From NCBI GenBank assembly GCA_964439765.1, contig CAYTOG010000003.1, positions 1 to 46,184 of the forward strand: 46,184 bases of DNA. Reading direction: 5' to 3'. Made by a program: the position numbers and the translations under genes. Positions 27,077 through 36,447 of this stretch are shown here, piece after piece. Each line of letters opens with the position of its first letter. The first letter of the stretch is position 1. Origin of the DNA: an uncultured Methanosarcinales archaeon (GTDB lineage: Archaea; Nanobdellota; Nanobdellia; Woesearchaeales; GW2011-AR9). The notes beneath the pieces are model-generated. The model saw only the letters and a program-made list of their open reading frames with translations. It was not told the origin of the DNA and did not search any database.

Positions 27077-28642
27077 ATGGATGAATCAGATTCAACTGGA
27101 TTAACTGAAGATGGGTTAACAGGTAGTGGATCAACCGATCACAGTACAGCTGTTGAAGAACTTCTAGCGCAAGCATCAGACAAAATAACAGATCCAGGTT
27201 ATACTAGTGAAGATGAAGCTGAAGATGAAGCTTGGGATATTGAAAATGTAATTCTCCATGGTGGGAATCATTTGCCAGTGTCCGTTGGACCAAGGGCAGG
27301 AAGTACTCTTTTTGGTGTAGGTGATGATATTGAACAAGAAGTAGTGAACGCACTTCCTCAACCATTACAAGAAGTTGGTGGTTGGGTAGATGAAGTAACT
27401 GAACCAGCTGGCCCAATAGAAACAAAACCAATTGGCTATGCAACTTTAGTAAAAGATTTACTAGCAGGAACAAGTGCAAGACAATTACGGAGGCGAAATG
27501 AGTTCGGTAATTATACTGCAGCTGCGAATGTAATTGATTTTATTGGTGCAAGACCAAATAATCCTAATCATTTAAGGGGAAATCATTCTTTAGAAGATCG
27601 TTTAACAAATGTCAGTGCTGTATTTAACATGCTCTGTGACGATTATGGTATAATGTTAGAAACAGATTATGCAACCTCAAGAGAAGATTCAGAGCAAGCT
27701 CTAACGGAATTGACCAATTTAGAATCTGAATTAAAATTATTTGATGTATCTGATGCAAGATTGCGGAGAGTGAAAAGTGCCGGGTTTGTTAAAGATAAAC
27801 GAAACCTTATGCTTGATCAAATTGCAACAGCAAAACAAACTATTTCCGAGATGTACGGAATTGATCTTCCAGAAAGAGATCCATTAAGAGAATTATTAGA
27901 TGATATTGTAGTGGGAAAATCTGCAAGATATTTACAAAGCACACATGGTGTTGATATTTCAAGAAACCATTCTTGGAGAGAGAGAGTTAGAAATTTATCT
28001 GAAGTGTTATATGGTCAGTTTAATTTTGATCCACTAGGAGATGAAGACCTATTAGTTCCAGAAAGTCCTAAAACATATGTTGAAGATAGGAGAATGCGTA
28101 GTGTTATTGCAACGTTTAAAGGAGCTTTAAGTGGAATTGATCCACAAAAAAGAACAAGGCATTTAAGGGGGATTACAGGTTACCTTGCATTAAATTTTGA
28201 CTTACAAACAACAGAAGATACATTAGATCAATATCAAAAAGAACACGAAGAAGAAACAAGAGTTGCACTTGAAAGGTTAAAAGTTTCAGGAAGAGATAGT
28301 TTACCTATTCGTTATTTGTCTAATGATGGACCAGAGGATATTGTAGCGTTTGATCTGCGAAGAACAGATTCGCTTGAAGCATACAGACATTTTGCACCAG
28401 AAGATAGTTCTGCAGCAGCATACTCTGCAAGACCTGGAGAAGAAATGACTTTAACTGCTGCACTAAGGGAAGGCGGACCAGCGGCAGATTGGTTAAATGA
28501 AGTTTTAGCACAAGGCGCTCAATCAACAGCAGTTGCACAAACGCAAGCACCCCCTCCTCCAACTCTACCTGCACCAGTTCCTTATGCTGGTTTACCAGTA
28601 AGAACAGGGGCAATTCCACCACCACCAACTATTCCTCAATAG
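27077..28642 (+). CDS. Acidic hypothetical protein with an internal duplication and Pro-rich C-terminus
   Basis: Repeat DLLAGTSARQL..NHSLEDRLTNVS vs DIVVGKSARYL..NHSWRERVRNLS; PPPP tail. Confidence 0.78.
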   Translation: MDESDSTGLTEDGLTGSGSTDHSTAVEELLAQASDKITDPGYTSEDEAEDEAWDIENVILHGGNHLPVSVGPRAGSTLFGVGDDIEQEVVNALPQPLQEVGGWVDEVTEPAGPIETKPIGYATLVKDLLAGTSARQLRRRNEFGNYTAAANVIDFIGARPNNPNHLRGNHSLEDRLTNVSAVFNMLCDDYGIMLETDYATSREDSEQALTELTNLESELKLFDVSDARLRRVKSAGFVKDKRNLMLDQIATAKQTISEMYGIDLPERDPLRELLDDIVVGKSARYLQSTHGVDISRNHSWRERVRNLSEVLYGQFNFDPLGDEDLLVPESPKTYVEDRRMRSVIATFKGALSGIDPQKRTRHLRGITGYLALNFDLQTTEDTLDQYQKEHEEETRVALERLKVSGRDSLPIRYLSNDGPEDIVAFDLRRTDSLEAYRHFAPEDSSAAAYSARPGEEMTLTAALREGGPAADWLNEVLAQGAQSTAVAQTQAPPPPTLPAPVPYAGLPVRTGAIPPPPTIPQ

Positions 28643-28675
28643 ATTTTATCATCTTCAAAGTTAAACTATAAATAA

Positions 28676-29218
28676 TCATTTTTTCTTAAGTTTTTTACTC
28701 TTCAAAATCTTTTTCTTAACAACTTTCTTTTTAGTTACTTTTTTTCGGGTTGAAGTTTTCTTTTGTTTCAAAACAGTTTCAATCTCAGAGATATTAGCTA
28801 CTTTAATTGCATTTTTTGCTAAAACTAAATTACTGCGACGACTAACAACAATTATTTTTCGAGCATCAACTAAACAACTTAACTGTTCTTCTAAATAAGC
28901 GTGGCACTCTTCAATTTCTCTTTTATCAACTGGGCTTCCAGCAGAACTACACTTAACAAGCGAAGTTAGGAAAACATCTTTGCGATCAACCTTCAAAGAA
29001 TGTAAAGTTGATAAAAGGGCACGTCCAGCTTTGCCTTCCCACAAGTCTCCTTTCCTATCTGCAATGTCATCAGGAGATTCCAAAATAATAACATAACGAG
29101 AAGAAACTTTGCCAGAGCCAGGTAGTGCTTGTAACCTATGTTTCCAAAGAGGGCACCTTGTACATTTTCTAACACGCTCAGCTATGGTTAAAAGGGTTGC
29201 CATAGAATAATAAAACAA
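28676..29218 (-). CDS. Uracil-DNA glycosylase family 4-like protein, catalytically degenerate, with a Lys-rich tail
   Basis: CTRCPL, GKAG, VKC and EIEEC..YL Fe-S scaffold. GEAPG is replaced by LESPD and no C-terminal HP motif is present. Confidence 0.75.
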   Translation of the reverse strand: MFYYSMATLLTIAERVRKCTRCPLWKHRLQALPGSGKVSSRYVIILESPDDIADRKGDLWEGKAGRALLSTLHSLKVDRKDVFLTSLVKCSSAGSPVDKREIEECHAYLEEQLSCLVDARKIIVVSRRSNLVLAKNAIKVANISEIETVLKQKKTSTRKKVTKKKVVKKKILKSKKLKKK

Positions 29219-29285
29219 TTCTAATCTAATAAAACTTTGGAATAATCAACAAGAATAAAATTAAAAAAAAAGAAAAAAAGAACTT

Positions 29286-29558
29286 TTACAACATACTACG
29301 GATGCTCTCAATATTGCTTGCAATATCTCTACCCTTTGTTGTTAACTCAAGCAACTTGAGTCTTCCTTCCTTTTTGAAAGTAATTAACTCTGCTTTTTGC
29401 ATTTCCTGTAGAATTTTAACCACATGGGAGTATGTGCAATCAATTTGTTTTGCAAGAACAGACGCATAAATTTGACTGTTTGCATTTTTGAGTTCCACAA
29501 GCATCATGGCTGGCTTTTCACGAAAAAACACTTCAAATATTTCTTTATTTAATGTCAT
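29286..29558 (-). CDS. MarR-like winged-helix DNA-binding protein
   Basis: YASVLAKQIDCTYSHVVKIL...EGRLKLLELTTKG. ATG 29558 follows SD GGAGGG. Confidence 0.82.
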   Translation of the reverse strand: MTLNKEIFEVFFREKPAMMLVELKNANSQIYASVLAKQIDCTYSHVVKILQEMQKAELITFKKEGRLKLLELTTKGRDIASNIESIRSML

Positions 29559-29898
29559 TGACTTCCCTCCAAACTTTCGTTTACTGCCACCCATCGTATC
29601 CAACACTCTCATCAAAAAACTTCTCTTCAAATCAATATGTTTGTTTTTTTACATACTAATATGTGAAAAGTAAATCTCTATGTTGAAGACTTCTATTTAA
29701 AGCTTTTCTTCTGATGGAGGGATGCAACCATAATTGTCCAATCTTCGTCACTTGTAGTCGATAAAATAACAGCAAAATATTCTCTTTAGAATATATGTTA
29801 TAGTGCAAAGGAAATGACCTGGCTAAACAACATATGTTTATTTACTGTTTTGAGAGAACATATATTTAAAAAAAAGAACCATCAAATAACTATATAAT

Positions 29899-30936
29899 AT
29901 GACCTATCAAAGTAACATAGGAATAGTTGCTTGTTCTTCTGGAGAGCCATTTGCAAGATCAATATTTGAAAAGCTTGAAAGTAGGTGTTTAAAAGAATAT
30001 GGTCAACATGCACCAGATGGAAAAGTCAAATGGATTGAAATAAAAGAAAAACATTTTGATGATACTGAAGTTAGAAATGCTGTTGGTCAAAGTATTCGTG
30101 GAATGGATATTTATGTAATACAAGACCCAGTAAATAGTGTTACTGGCCATTCCGTAGATACTAATTTGGCAGCGTTATATAACACTCTAGATGCATCTTG
30201 GCGTTCAGGGGCTGGAAGAGTCACTGCTGTTCTTCCTTATTTTCCTTATTCTCGTCAAGAGGTTGCTCGTGGCCGTGAGTGTATTGCTGCGGCAAGAATC
30301 ATTCGTAGTTTAGAGGGGGAACATGCGGATCGTATAATCACATTGGATGTTCATAACCCAGCAATTGCGGGAGTGTGTACAAGAACATTGTTTGAAGATT
30401 TACATGCCTCAAAAAACCATTTAGATTATATCCGTGAACATGTACCATTAGGCAATCTTATGGTTTGTTCTCCAGATACTGGTGCAGTTGAGAGAAACAA
30501 ATATTTTGCAAGCCATCTTGGAACAGGACTTTCAATGCTCTGGAAACGAAGAGATTATTCTGGGGGCGGTGAAATTGATGAAATGCTTTTATTAGGGGAT
30601 GTTAGAGGTAAAGATGTATTACTGGTTGATGATATGGTTGCAACAGCTGGGACATTAGTAGAAGGTTGTGCTCTTCTTAAAGAAAAAGGAGCAAGAGATA
30701 TTTATTTTGCAACATCATTACCGCTATTTTCTGGGCCAGCTATTGGGCGTATAGATGGGGCATTTGAAAAAGGACACATAAAAAAGATAATAGGGACAGA
30801 TGCAGTACATCACGGTGGGGCAGGTTTTGCAAAAGACCACCCTTGGTATGAAGAAGTATCTGTTGCAGGATATTTTGCAAAAGTTATGTGGAATTTAAAT
30901 CATAATAGATCTATAAGTGAATTATTAAAAGAATAA
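29899..30936 (+). CDS. prs: Ribose-phosphate pyrophosphokinase (PRPP synthase)
   Basis: PYFPYSRQ, LDVH, SPDTGA and VDDMVATAGTL PRPP-binding loop. Confidence 0.93.
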   Translation: MTYQSNIGIVACSSGEPFARSIFEKLESRCLKEYGQHAPDGKVKWIEIKEKHFDDTEVRNAVGQSIRGMDIYVIQDPVNSVTGHSVDTNLAALYNTLDASWRSGAGRVTAVLPYFPYSRQEVARGRECIAAARIIRSLEGEHADRIITLDVHNPAIAGVCTRTLFEDLHASKNHLDYIREHVPLGNLMVCSPDTGAVERNKYFASHLGTGLSMLWKRRDYSGGGEIDEMLLLGDVRGKDVLLVDDMVATAGTLVEGCALLKEKGARDIYFATSLPLFSGPAIGRIDGAFEKGHIKKIIGTDAVHHGGAGFAKDHPWYEEVSVAGYFAKVMWNLNHNRSISELLKE

Positions 30937-31020
30937 TATCTATATTAAATACATAATCTTCTTAACATATACTCACATACCCACAACATTTAAGTACAAA
31001 CCGTGGGCCAAAAATGGGTG

Positions 31021-32928
31021 ATGGTCCAAACTTCTACAAACTCTTCAACAATCAATCAAAAAGAACTTCTAAGTGATCCAGACATTTGTTTTCCACACGA
31101 TTCATTAAGGGATGGCCAAGCAGAATTAGTCAGAGATATAAAAGAAGCTCTGCACTCAGAAAAAACCTTGCTTGCACATGCTCCAACTGGGCTTGGTAAA
31201 ACTGCAAGTGCTTTGGGTGTTGCAGTACCGCTCGCTAAAAAACTCAAGAAAAAAGTCTTCTTCTTAACAAATAGGCATACACAGCACAGGATCGCAATTG
31301 AGACACTTCAAGCGATGCAAAAAAAATCCGGCGAATCAATTGTTGTAAGTGATATTGTTGGAAAAAAAGGAATGTGTTCTCAAGAAGTTGCAAAACTTTT
31401 CGGCAGTGATTTCAATGAATTTTGTAAATCTCTGGTAACAAAAGGTAATTGTGCATATTACAGTAAGGTAAAGAACAATAAGGGATTAACAGTTGAAGCA
31501 GAATACCTCCTTGAAAAACTAAAAGTTGCAAAACCTATGCATATGGAGGAGTTACAATTAACGGCAACAAGAGAGGGAATGTGTAGTTATGAAATCGCTT
31601 TAGGGCTTGCGAAAAAAGCTGATGTTGTTGTGGGGGATTACTACTATTTGTTCAACCCGATTATTAGACAGAACATTCTAAAAAAATTAGACATAGAACT
31701 AAAGGATATAATTCTCATTGTTGACGAGGGACATAATCTCCCAACAAGAATTTCTGATATGCTATCAAGTAAACTTTCAACAAATGTACTAAGATATGCA
31801 GCTGGGGAAGCACTCAAAGCAGGAGCTGACGATCTTAATAACATGCTAACAAAAATCAATGTAAAATGTGCGAATCTAAAATCACTTAGCAAACAAACAA
31901 ATGAGTCCAAAGTAACTAGAGATGATGTCAGAGCAATAATAAATACAACAATAGATTATGATCAATTAATTGAAGATTTAGATTCCGTGGCTGAAGAAAT
32001 ACAATCAAAGCAAAAGAAAAGTTTCTGTACATCTGTAGCTGAATTCCTTCGAAAATGGAATGGTGAAGATCATGGGTTTGCAAGAATCTTTCGTGAAGTT
32101 CAAGGAAAAGCTGGGGCGTTTAAAGAGATAGAATATTCTTGTTTAGATCCAAGTGTTGCAAGTAAGGGGATATTTGAAGGAGTTCATGGTAGTGTTATTA
32201 TGAGCGGAACACTCATGCCATTAAAGATGTATTCAGATCTTTTGGGAATAACAAATAACAACATGCAAAAATATTGGTCACCATTTCCTGCAGAGAATAG
32301 AAGATGTATTATCGTGCCACGAACAACAACGAAGTATACAAGTCGATCAGATAAGATGTACACTGAGATGGCAAAATTAATTTCAGAGTTTGCTGGCGCA
32401 ATACCAGGTAATGTTGCGGTATTTTTTCCTTCTTATTATCTTAGAGATACTGTTGCAACAAAAATCTTAACACGCAAGAAAATATTGCAAGAAGTGAGGG
32501 GAATGGATAAGGAAAGCAAAGAGACATTGCTAAATGAATTTCATTCATATAAAGAAAATGGTGCAGTACTTTTAGGAGTGACTGGAGCAAATTTCGCAGA
32601 AGGAATTGATTTTCCAGGAGATTTACTTCAAGGTGTTATTGTTGTTGGAATTCCTCTAGCGAGGCCTGACTTAAAAACGCAAGAAACAATTAATTATTAT
32701 GACCAAAAATTTTCAAAGGGTTGGGACTATGCATACACATATCCTGCAATTAACAAGTGTATTCAATCAGCGGGAAGATGTATTCGGAGTGAAACTGACC
32801 GTGGTGTAATTATTTACCTTGATGAACGTTTTGTGTGGAAGAAGTATTATGATTGTTTGCCAAGAGAAGGTCTTTTAGTAAAAAGAGAACCAAAAGAAAT
32901 AATTACAAATTTTTTTAATGAAAGTTAA
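31021..32928 (+). CDS. XPD/Rad3/DinG family Fe-S DNA helicase
   Basis: HAPTGLGKT, Fe-S Cys residues, DEGHN, MSGTL, FFPSY, EGIDF, QSAGRCIR. Start is ATG 31021 or GTG 31003. Confidence 0.93.
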   Translation: MVQTSTNSSTINQKELLSDPDICFPHDSLRDGQAELVRDIKEALHSEKTLLAHAPTGLGKTASALGVAVPLAKKLKKKVFFLTNRHTQHRIAIETLQAMQKKSGESIVVSDIVGKKGMCSQEVAKLFGSDFNEFCKSLVTKGNCAYYSKVKNNKGLTVEAEYLLEKLKVAKPMHMEELQLTATREGMCSYEIALGLAKKADVVVGDYYYLFNPIIRQNILKKLDIELKDIILIVDEGHNLPTRISDMLSSKLSTNVLRYAAGEALKAGADDLNNMLTKINVKCANLKSLSKQTNESKVTRDDVRAIINTTIDYDQLIEDLDSVAEEIQSKQKKSFCTSVAEFLRKWNGEDHGFARIFREVQGKAGAFKEIEYSCLDPSVASKGIFEGVHGSVIMSGTLMPLKMYSDLLGITNNNMQKYWSPFPAENRRCIIVPRTTTKYTSRSDKMYTEMAKLISEFAGAIPGNVAVFFPSYYLRDTVATKILTRKKILQEVRGMDKESKETLLNEFHSYKENGAVLLGVTGANFAEGIDFPGDLLQGVIVVGIPLARPDLKTQETINYYDQKFSKGWDYAYTYPAINKCIQSAGRCIRSETDRGVIIYLDERFVWKKYYDCLPREGLLVKREPKEIITNFFNES

Positions 32929-32949
32929 AATTAAAAAACAATAAAATTT

Positions 32950-33630
32950 TCAACAAGATTGATCCGATTCTTCTGCCGAGATTGTGAGTGTTGCACTTTT
33001 AAACCCACTAGCATCATTTGGTATGCCAATAACCATCCCAAGAGCAATTTCATCGCCAGCTGAAGCACTACTTAAACAACCACAAGATTTAACTTCAGCA
33101 TTTGGTGTGCCAATGGGATTAATAAAATCAGTTGGTGCATCTTGTAAATATGCACTAGCACATGAATTGATTTCATTTTCAAATGTCATAGCAGCAAATT
33201 TTAATCCATCTCCTGTGAGATTATTTAAAGACCCTCCACAAATACTATCGCCTTGGCATGCAAAGCTATCACTCTCATTTCCTCGAATTTTATCGGATTC
33301 AACAGTAACATTAATTCCAACATTTCCATCATTTCGAATAGTGATGTTAAATGAATCATTTCCCCAAGTCCCATTTAGTACTTGTCCCATGATTGCATCT
33401 AAAAGAGCAGCATCTGCATCTGGATCAACAAACCCTTGACCAAAATCAATAGCATTGTTACCAGGTAAACTAATAGAGATATCTGTTGTTATGTTCAAAT
33501 CAACTTGGCCAGAAACAGCCCCAGTTAGAGAGTTAAGTGTTCTCAACTGATCAAATATTACTATACCTCCAATAACAGAAACAACTAACGCTACAAGTAA
33601 CATTCCAGTGAGAATTTTTCGCTCTTCCAT
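32950..33630 (-). CDS. Membrane-anchored surface or pilin-like beta-rich protein
   Basis: N-terminal TM helix, LTGA motif, IDFG, IRNDGNV and paired Cys. Confidence 0.72.
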   Translation of the reverse strand: MEERKILTGMLLVALVVSVIGGIVIFDQLRTLNSLTGAVSGQVDLNITTDISISLPGNNAIDFGQGFVDPDADAALLDAIMGQVLNGTWGNDSFNITIRNDGNVGINVTVESDKIRGNESDSFACQGDSICGGSLNNLTGDGLKFAAMTFENEINSCASAYLQDAPTDFINPIGTPNAEVKSCGCLSSASAGDEIALGMVIGIPNDASGFKSATLTISAEESDQSC

Positions 33631-33852
33631 CTATTTACCTCTTTTAAAACAAGGTAAAAGACTATTTTTTTGTTTAAAAAGTTTTCTAAAGTACAAAATC
33701 TTTTTTTACAGGGGAATTGTTAATATAAGGAAAATTTGGGGTTTTTAATAAACTTAACAATCAAATTAATTAGCAGGGCATTCACCCAATATTCTGCACC
33801 AGTATACAAAATAGTAACATTTATATACGTAATGCACTTTACTTGTAATTAA

Positions 33853-34010
33853 TGGATTGAGATCGGATTCGTCCACAGTTCTACCACCCTCACCCCCTCT
33901 TGTGGGTGAGTCTGATCTTGTCCAATTCCTTTTTAATCGGAAAGTTAAACTTTCCAAGGTAGTCCATAAGAGGTGGATGGTTGGGAGTCCTATGGGCTCC
34001 CTTTTCTTCT
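33853..34010 (+). ncRNA. Putative structured small RNA of unknown family
   Basis: TATA TTTATATA at 33820-33827. 20-bp helix 33859-33878/33900-33919 whose six non-Watson-Crick pairs are all G-U. C-rich 21-nt loop, two more hairpins, GC hairpin plus U tract. Confidence 0.65.
33983..34010 (+). terminator. GC hairpin plus pyrimidine-tract terminator
   Basis: GGGAGTCC-TAT-GGGCTCCC followed by TTTTCTTCT. Confidence 0.65.
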
Positions 34011-34186
34011 CTCATAATATTCTCTCCATAAAAATTAAGTAATACAATAAACAAAAATAAAAAAGAAATATATCTACCTATATGTTATTTACACAAAATA
34101 TATATACTTCTTCTATTCTCAAATTTATTTAGATATTCATTTGTAAAAAGATTAGTGTATATAGAAGACAAATAGAGGTGAAATAT

Positions 34187-34543
34187 ATGGGTGCACATGT
34201 TCTTGGAGAAGGATCTTGGGATGGAACTCTTCGTGGTAAGAGTGAAGGGATTTTTCATAGATGTATTGATTGTCAAGAAATTATTAGTAATCCTGTTTGT
34301 TCAGAATGTTTGTCCTTGCAAATGAAACAAATGCTTGGTGAAATTGATCCAAACTTACCTGAAAAAATTGTAACATGCAACTTTTCTGGAGATACTCATT
34401 GTATTGGGTGTGGAAATGAAATGGGGCTTTGTGCACATTGTTTTAGTAAAGATGTGTATGAACAGATTAAAGATCTTAACACAATAGCAGCGGAAGAATT
34501 TCTCGCAAGGTTTGATTATGATCTAAGAGTTATGTTCTGTTAG
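34187..34543 (+). CDS. Cys-rich double zinc-finger protein
   Basis: CIDC..NPVCSEC and CIGC..LCAHC; SD GAGGTG at 34175-34180. Confidence 0.8.
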   Translation: MGAHVLGEGSWDGTLRGKSEGIFHRCIDCQEIISNPVCSECLSLQMKQMLGEIDPNLPEKIVTCNFSGDTHCIGCGNEMGLCAHCFSKDVYEQIKDLNTIAAEEFLARFDYDLRVMFC

Positions 34544-34637
34544 AATTGTTTTTCTTTCTCTTTCAATTATAATCTTCTCTTTATTTTTTAATGATATTTT
34601 TATGTTAAATTTTTTTTGATAAGAAATAATTGAATAG

Positions 34638-36332
34638 TTAACACTCAATGCCAATTAATGCCAAATCACTATCGCTTAAACAAAGGCTAAGAGCACCACA
34701 GAAATCTGAATAATCAACACCTTCGACAATATCAAATCCACTGGCAACATAATATGACGGAAGAACATACATCCCACGAGACATAATGCTGCCCTCCTCG
34801 ATTGCATGGGCAGACTCAATTCCTGTGCAAGTGAGTGATCCCACTAGTGAACTGAAAGTATTCCAACTAGTAAATGAAACTGCGAAGTCATACTCTTCTG
34901 GATTACTTACACAATGAACATCAATCTCTTCAATACTATGTCCATATGGTGTTTTCAAGACGCGAAAAGAAGCAACTGCATCATCATCAGTTATTTGTAA
35001 ACAAATATCCACATAGTCTATTGTTTCATAAAAACTATTCTGTTCTATCATTAAGTCTAAAGTTTCAAGTGCAAGATCTGATAATTCATCACTGCTAATT
35101 CCTTCATAATAAACTGCAAATCCAACGCTTTGTTTTACGAAGAAGACAAGTGCTGCAAGAATAACAATACTTAATATAGAAACTATTGCAATTTTTTGAT
35201 AATGCTCGGAGCTTGGCTTATGTTTTGGTACAGCTTTTTTTGTTTTTCCATGTGCATCTAAAAAATCATTATAGTTGTGTACTGTTGTTTGTTCGAATGC
35301 CCACTTTGCATCATGAGTTGGCCAACCACTTTTTTCTAATGCTAAAATTATGTGTCCCTCGGGAACCCCAGATTTAATTTGTTTAGTGATAAAATTTCTA
35401 ACATTCTTTGGAATGGTTTTTTCTTCTTCTATTTTGTGTGTACGTAAAAAGAACCCAATGGCTCCAAAAATAACCAAGAGAACAAACACAATACTTAGTG
35501 TTCTAAAAAATGATGCTCTTTCAACACTAGATTCAACTTCTTCTTGAGTTCCTTCAAGTTCAGTTTGAGTTGTATCAATCTCTTCTTGCAAAACAGCAAG
35601 GCCTGTTGATACTTGTGATTCAATGGTGTTAACTTGTTCTTCAACATCACGTTCAAGTTGATATTGTTCTGTTCCAAGGAGTTGAATGTCTGTTTCAACA
35701 TCAGCAACGCTATTCTCCAGTGTATCAACTTCTGAAGATATTTCTTCTATGCTTGCTTCAAGATCACTAACACTTTCTTCTAGTGCACTAAGGGCAGCTG
35801 CAATCTCGGTAGTGTCTTCATAAGAGTCCTCGGATTCACTAGTGTCATCATCACTGGAACTTAACTCAAGGCCATCAACAATGCCATTATCGTCGGCATC
35901 AAGGCAATCACTATCTTCTTCATCAATTAATTCGTCAACATCATTATCATAGCCATCATCACAAGTATATTCTACAGAATATTCACAATAACTATAGTAA
36001 TCACAACTGTCATCTAAGCAATCTACAAGACCATCGCCGTCATTATCATAACCATCAATACAACTGTCATCATCTTCTTCACTGTCTTCAGAATCAATAG
36101 TTCCATCTCCATCTGAATCTGTAGAATCATCTTCACTACTTGTAATCCCTTCAACATCAAGTTCAACGCATTCAAGAGTATCTGTGGTATCACAAGTCCA
36201 TGTGTCTCCAAGGTCACTGCAATCTTCATCACTTGTGCAAGATTCAGCAAGAGCAAATGAACTTATCACTAGAATAAATATAGCTAAAACTAATCCAATA
36301 CGGGCCATCACTCCTTTTTGCATAATAATCAA
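34638..36332 (-). CDS. Acidic surface protein with Ca-binding CxDGxDNDxD repeats, coiled coil and two TM helices
   Basis: Signal peptide; CIDGYDNDGDGLVDCLDDSC and CDDGYDNDVDELIDEEDSDC; coiled coil; TM; small cytoplasmic helical domain; TM; Cys-containing domain. Confidence 0.8.
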   Translation of the reverse strand: MIIMQKGVMARIGLVLAIFILVISSFALAESCTSDEDCSDLGDTWTCDTTDTLECVELDVEGITSSEDDSTDSDGDGTIDSEDSEEDDDSCIDGYDNDGDGLVDCLDDSCDYYSYCEYSVEYTCDDGYDNDVDELIDEEDSDCLDADDNGIVDGLELSSSDDDTSESEDSYEDTTEIAAALSALEESVSDLEASIEEISSEVDTLENSVADVETDIQLLGTEQYQLERDVEEQVNTIESQVSTGLAVLQEEIDTTQTELEGTQEEVESSVERASFFRTLSIVFVLLVIFGAIGFFLRTHKIEEEKTIPKNVRNFITKQIKSGVPEGHIILALEKSGWPTHDAKWAFEQTTVHNYNDFLDAHGKTKKAVPKHKPSSEHYQKIAIVSILSIVILAALVFFVKQSVGFAVYYEGISSDELSDLALETLDLMIEQNSFYETIDYVDICLQITDDDAVASFRVLKTPYGHSIEEIDVHCVSNPEEYDFAVSFTSWNTFSSLVGSLTCTGIESAHAIEEGSIMSRGMYVLPSYYVASGFDIVEGVDYSDFCGALSLCLSDSDLALIGIEC

Positions 36333-36447
36333 AGGAAAGTATCACTTTTAGATTTATAAGAGTATCGGCATAGACTAATAAACAATGTTAGCCTTTATTT
36401 CCTTTAGCAATACCTTTATATATTTTTAAGCAACTATTCAGAGGACA

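Noticed and set aside
33853-34010. SRP RNA, RNase P RNA or 5S rRNA
   Set aside because: It lacks the SRP helix-8 motif, the RNase P GAGGAANNUC-type conserved regions and the 5S consensus. It is kept as an unknown sRNA.
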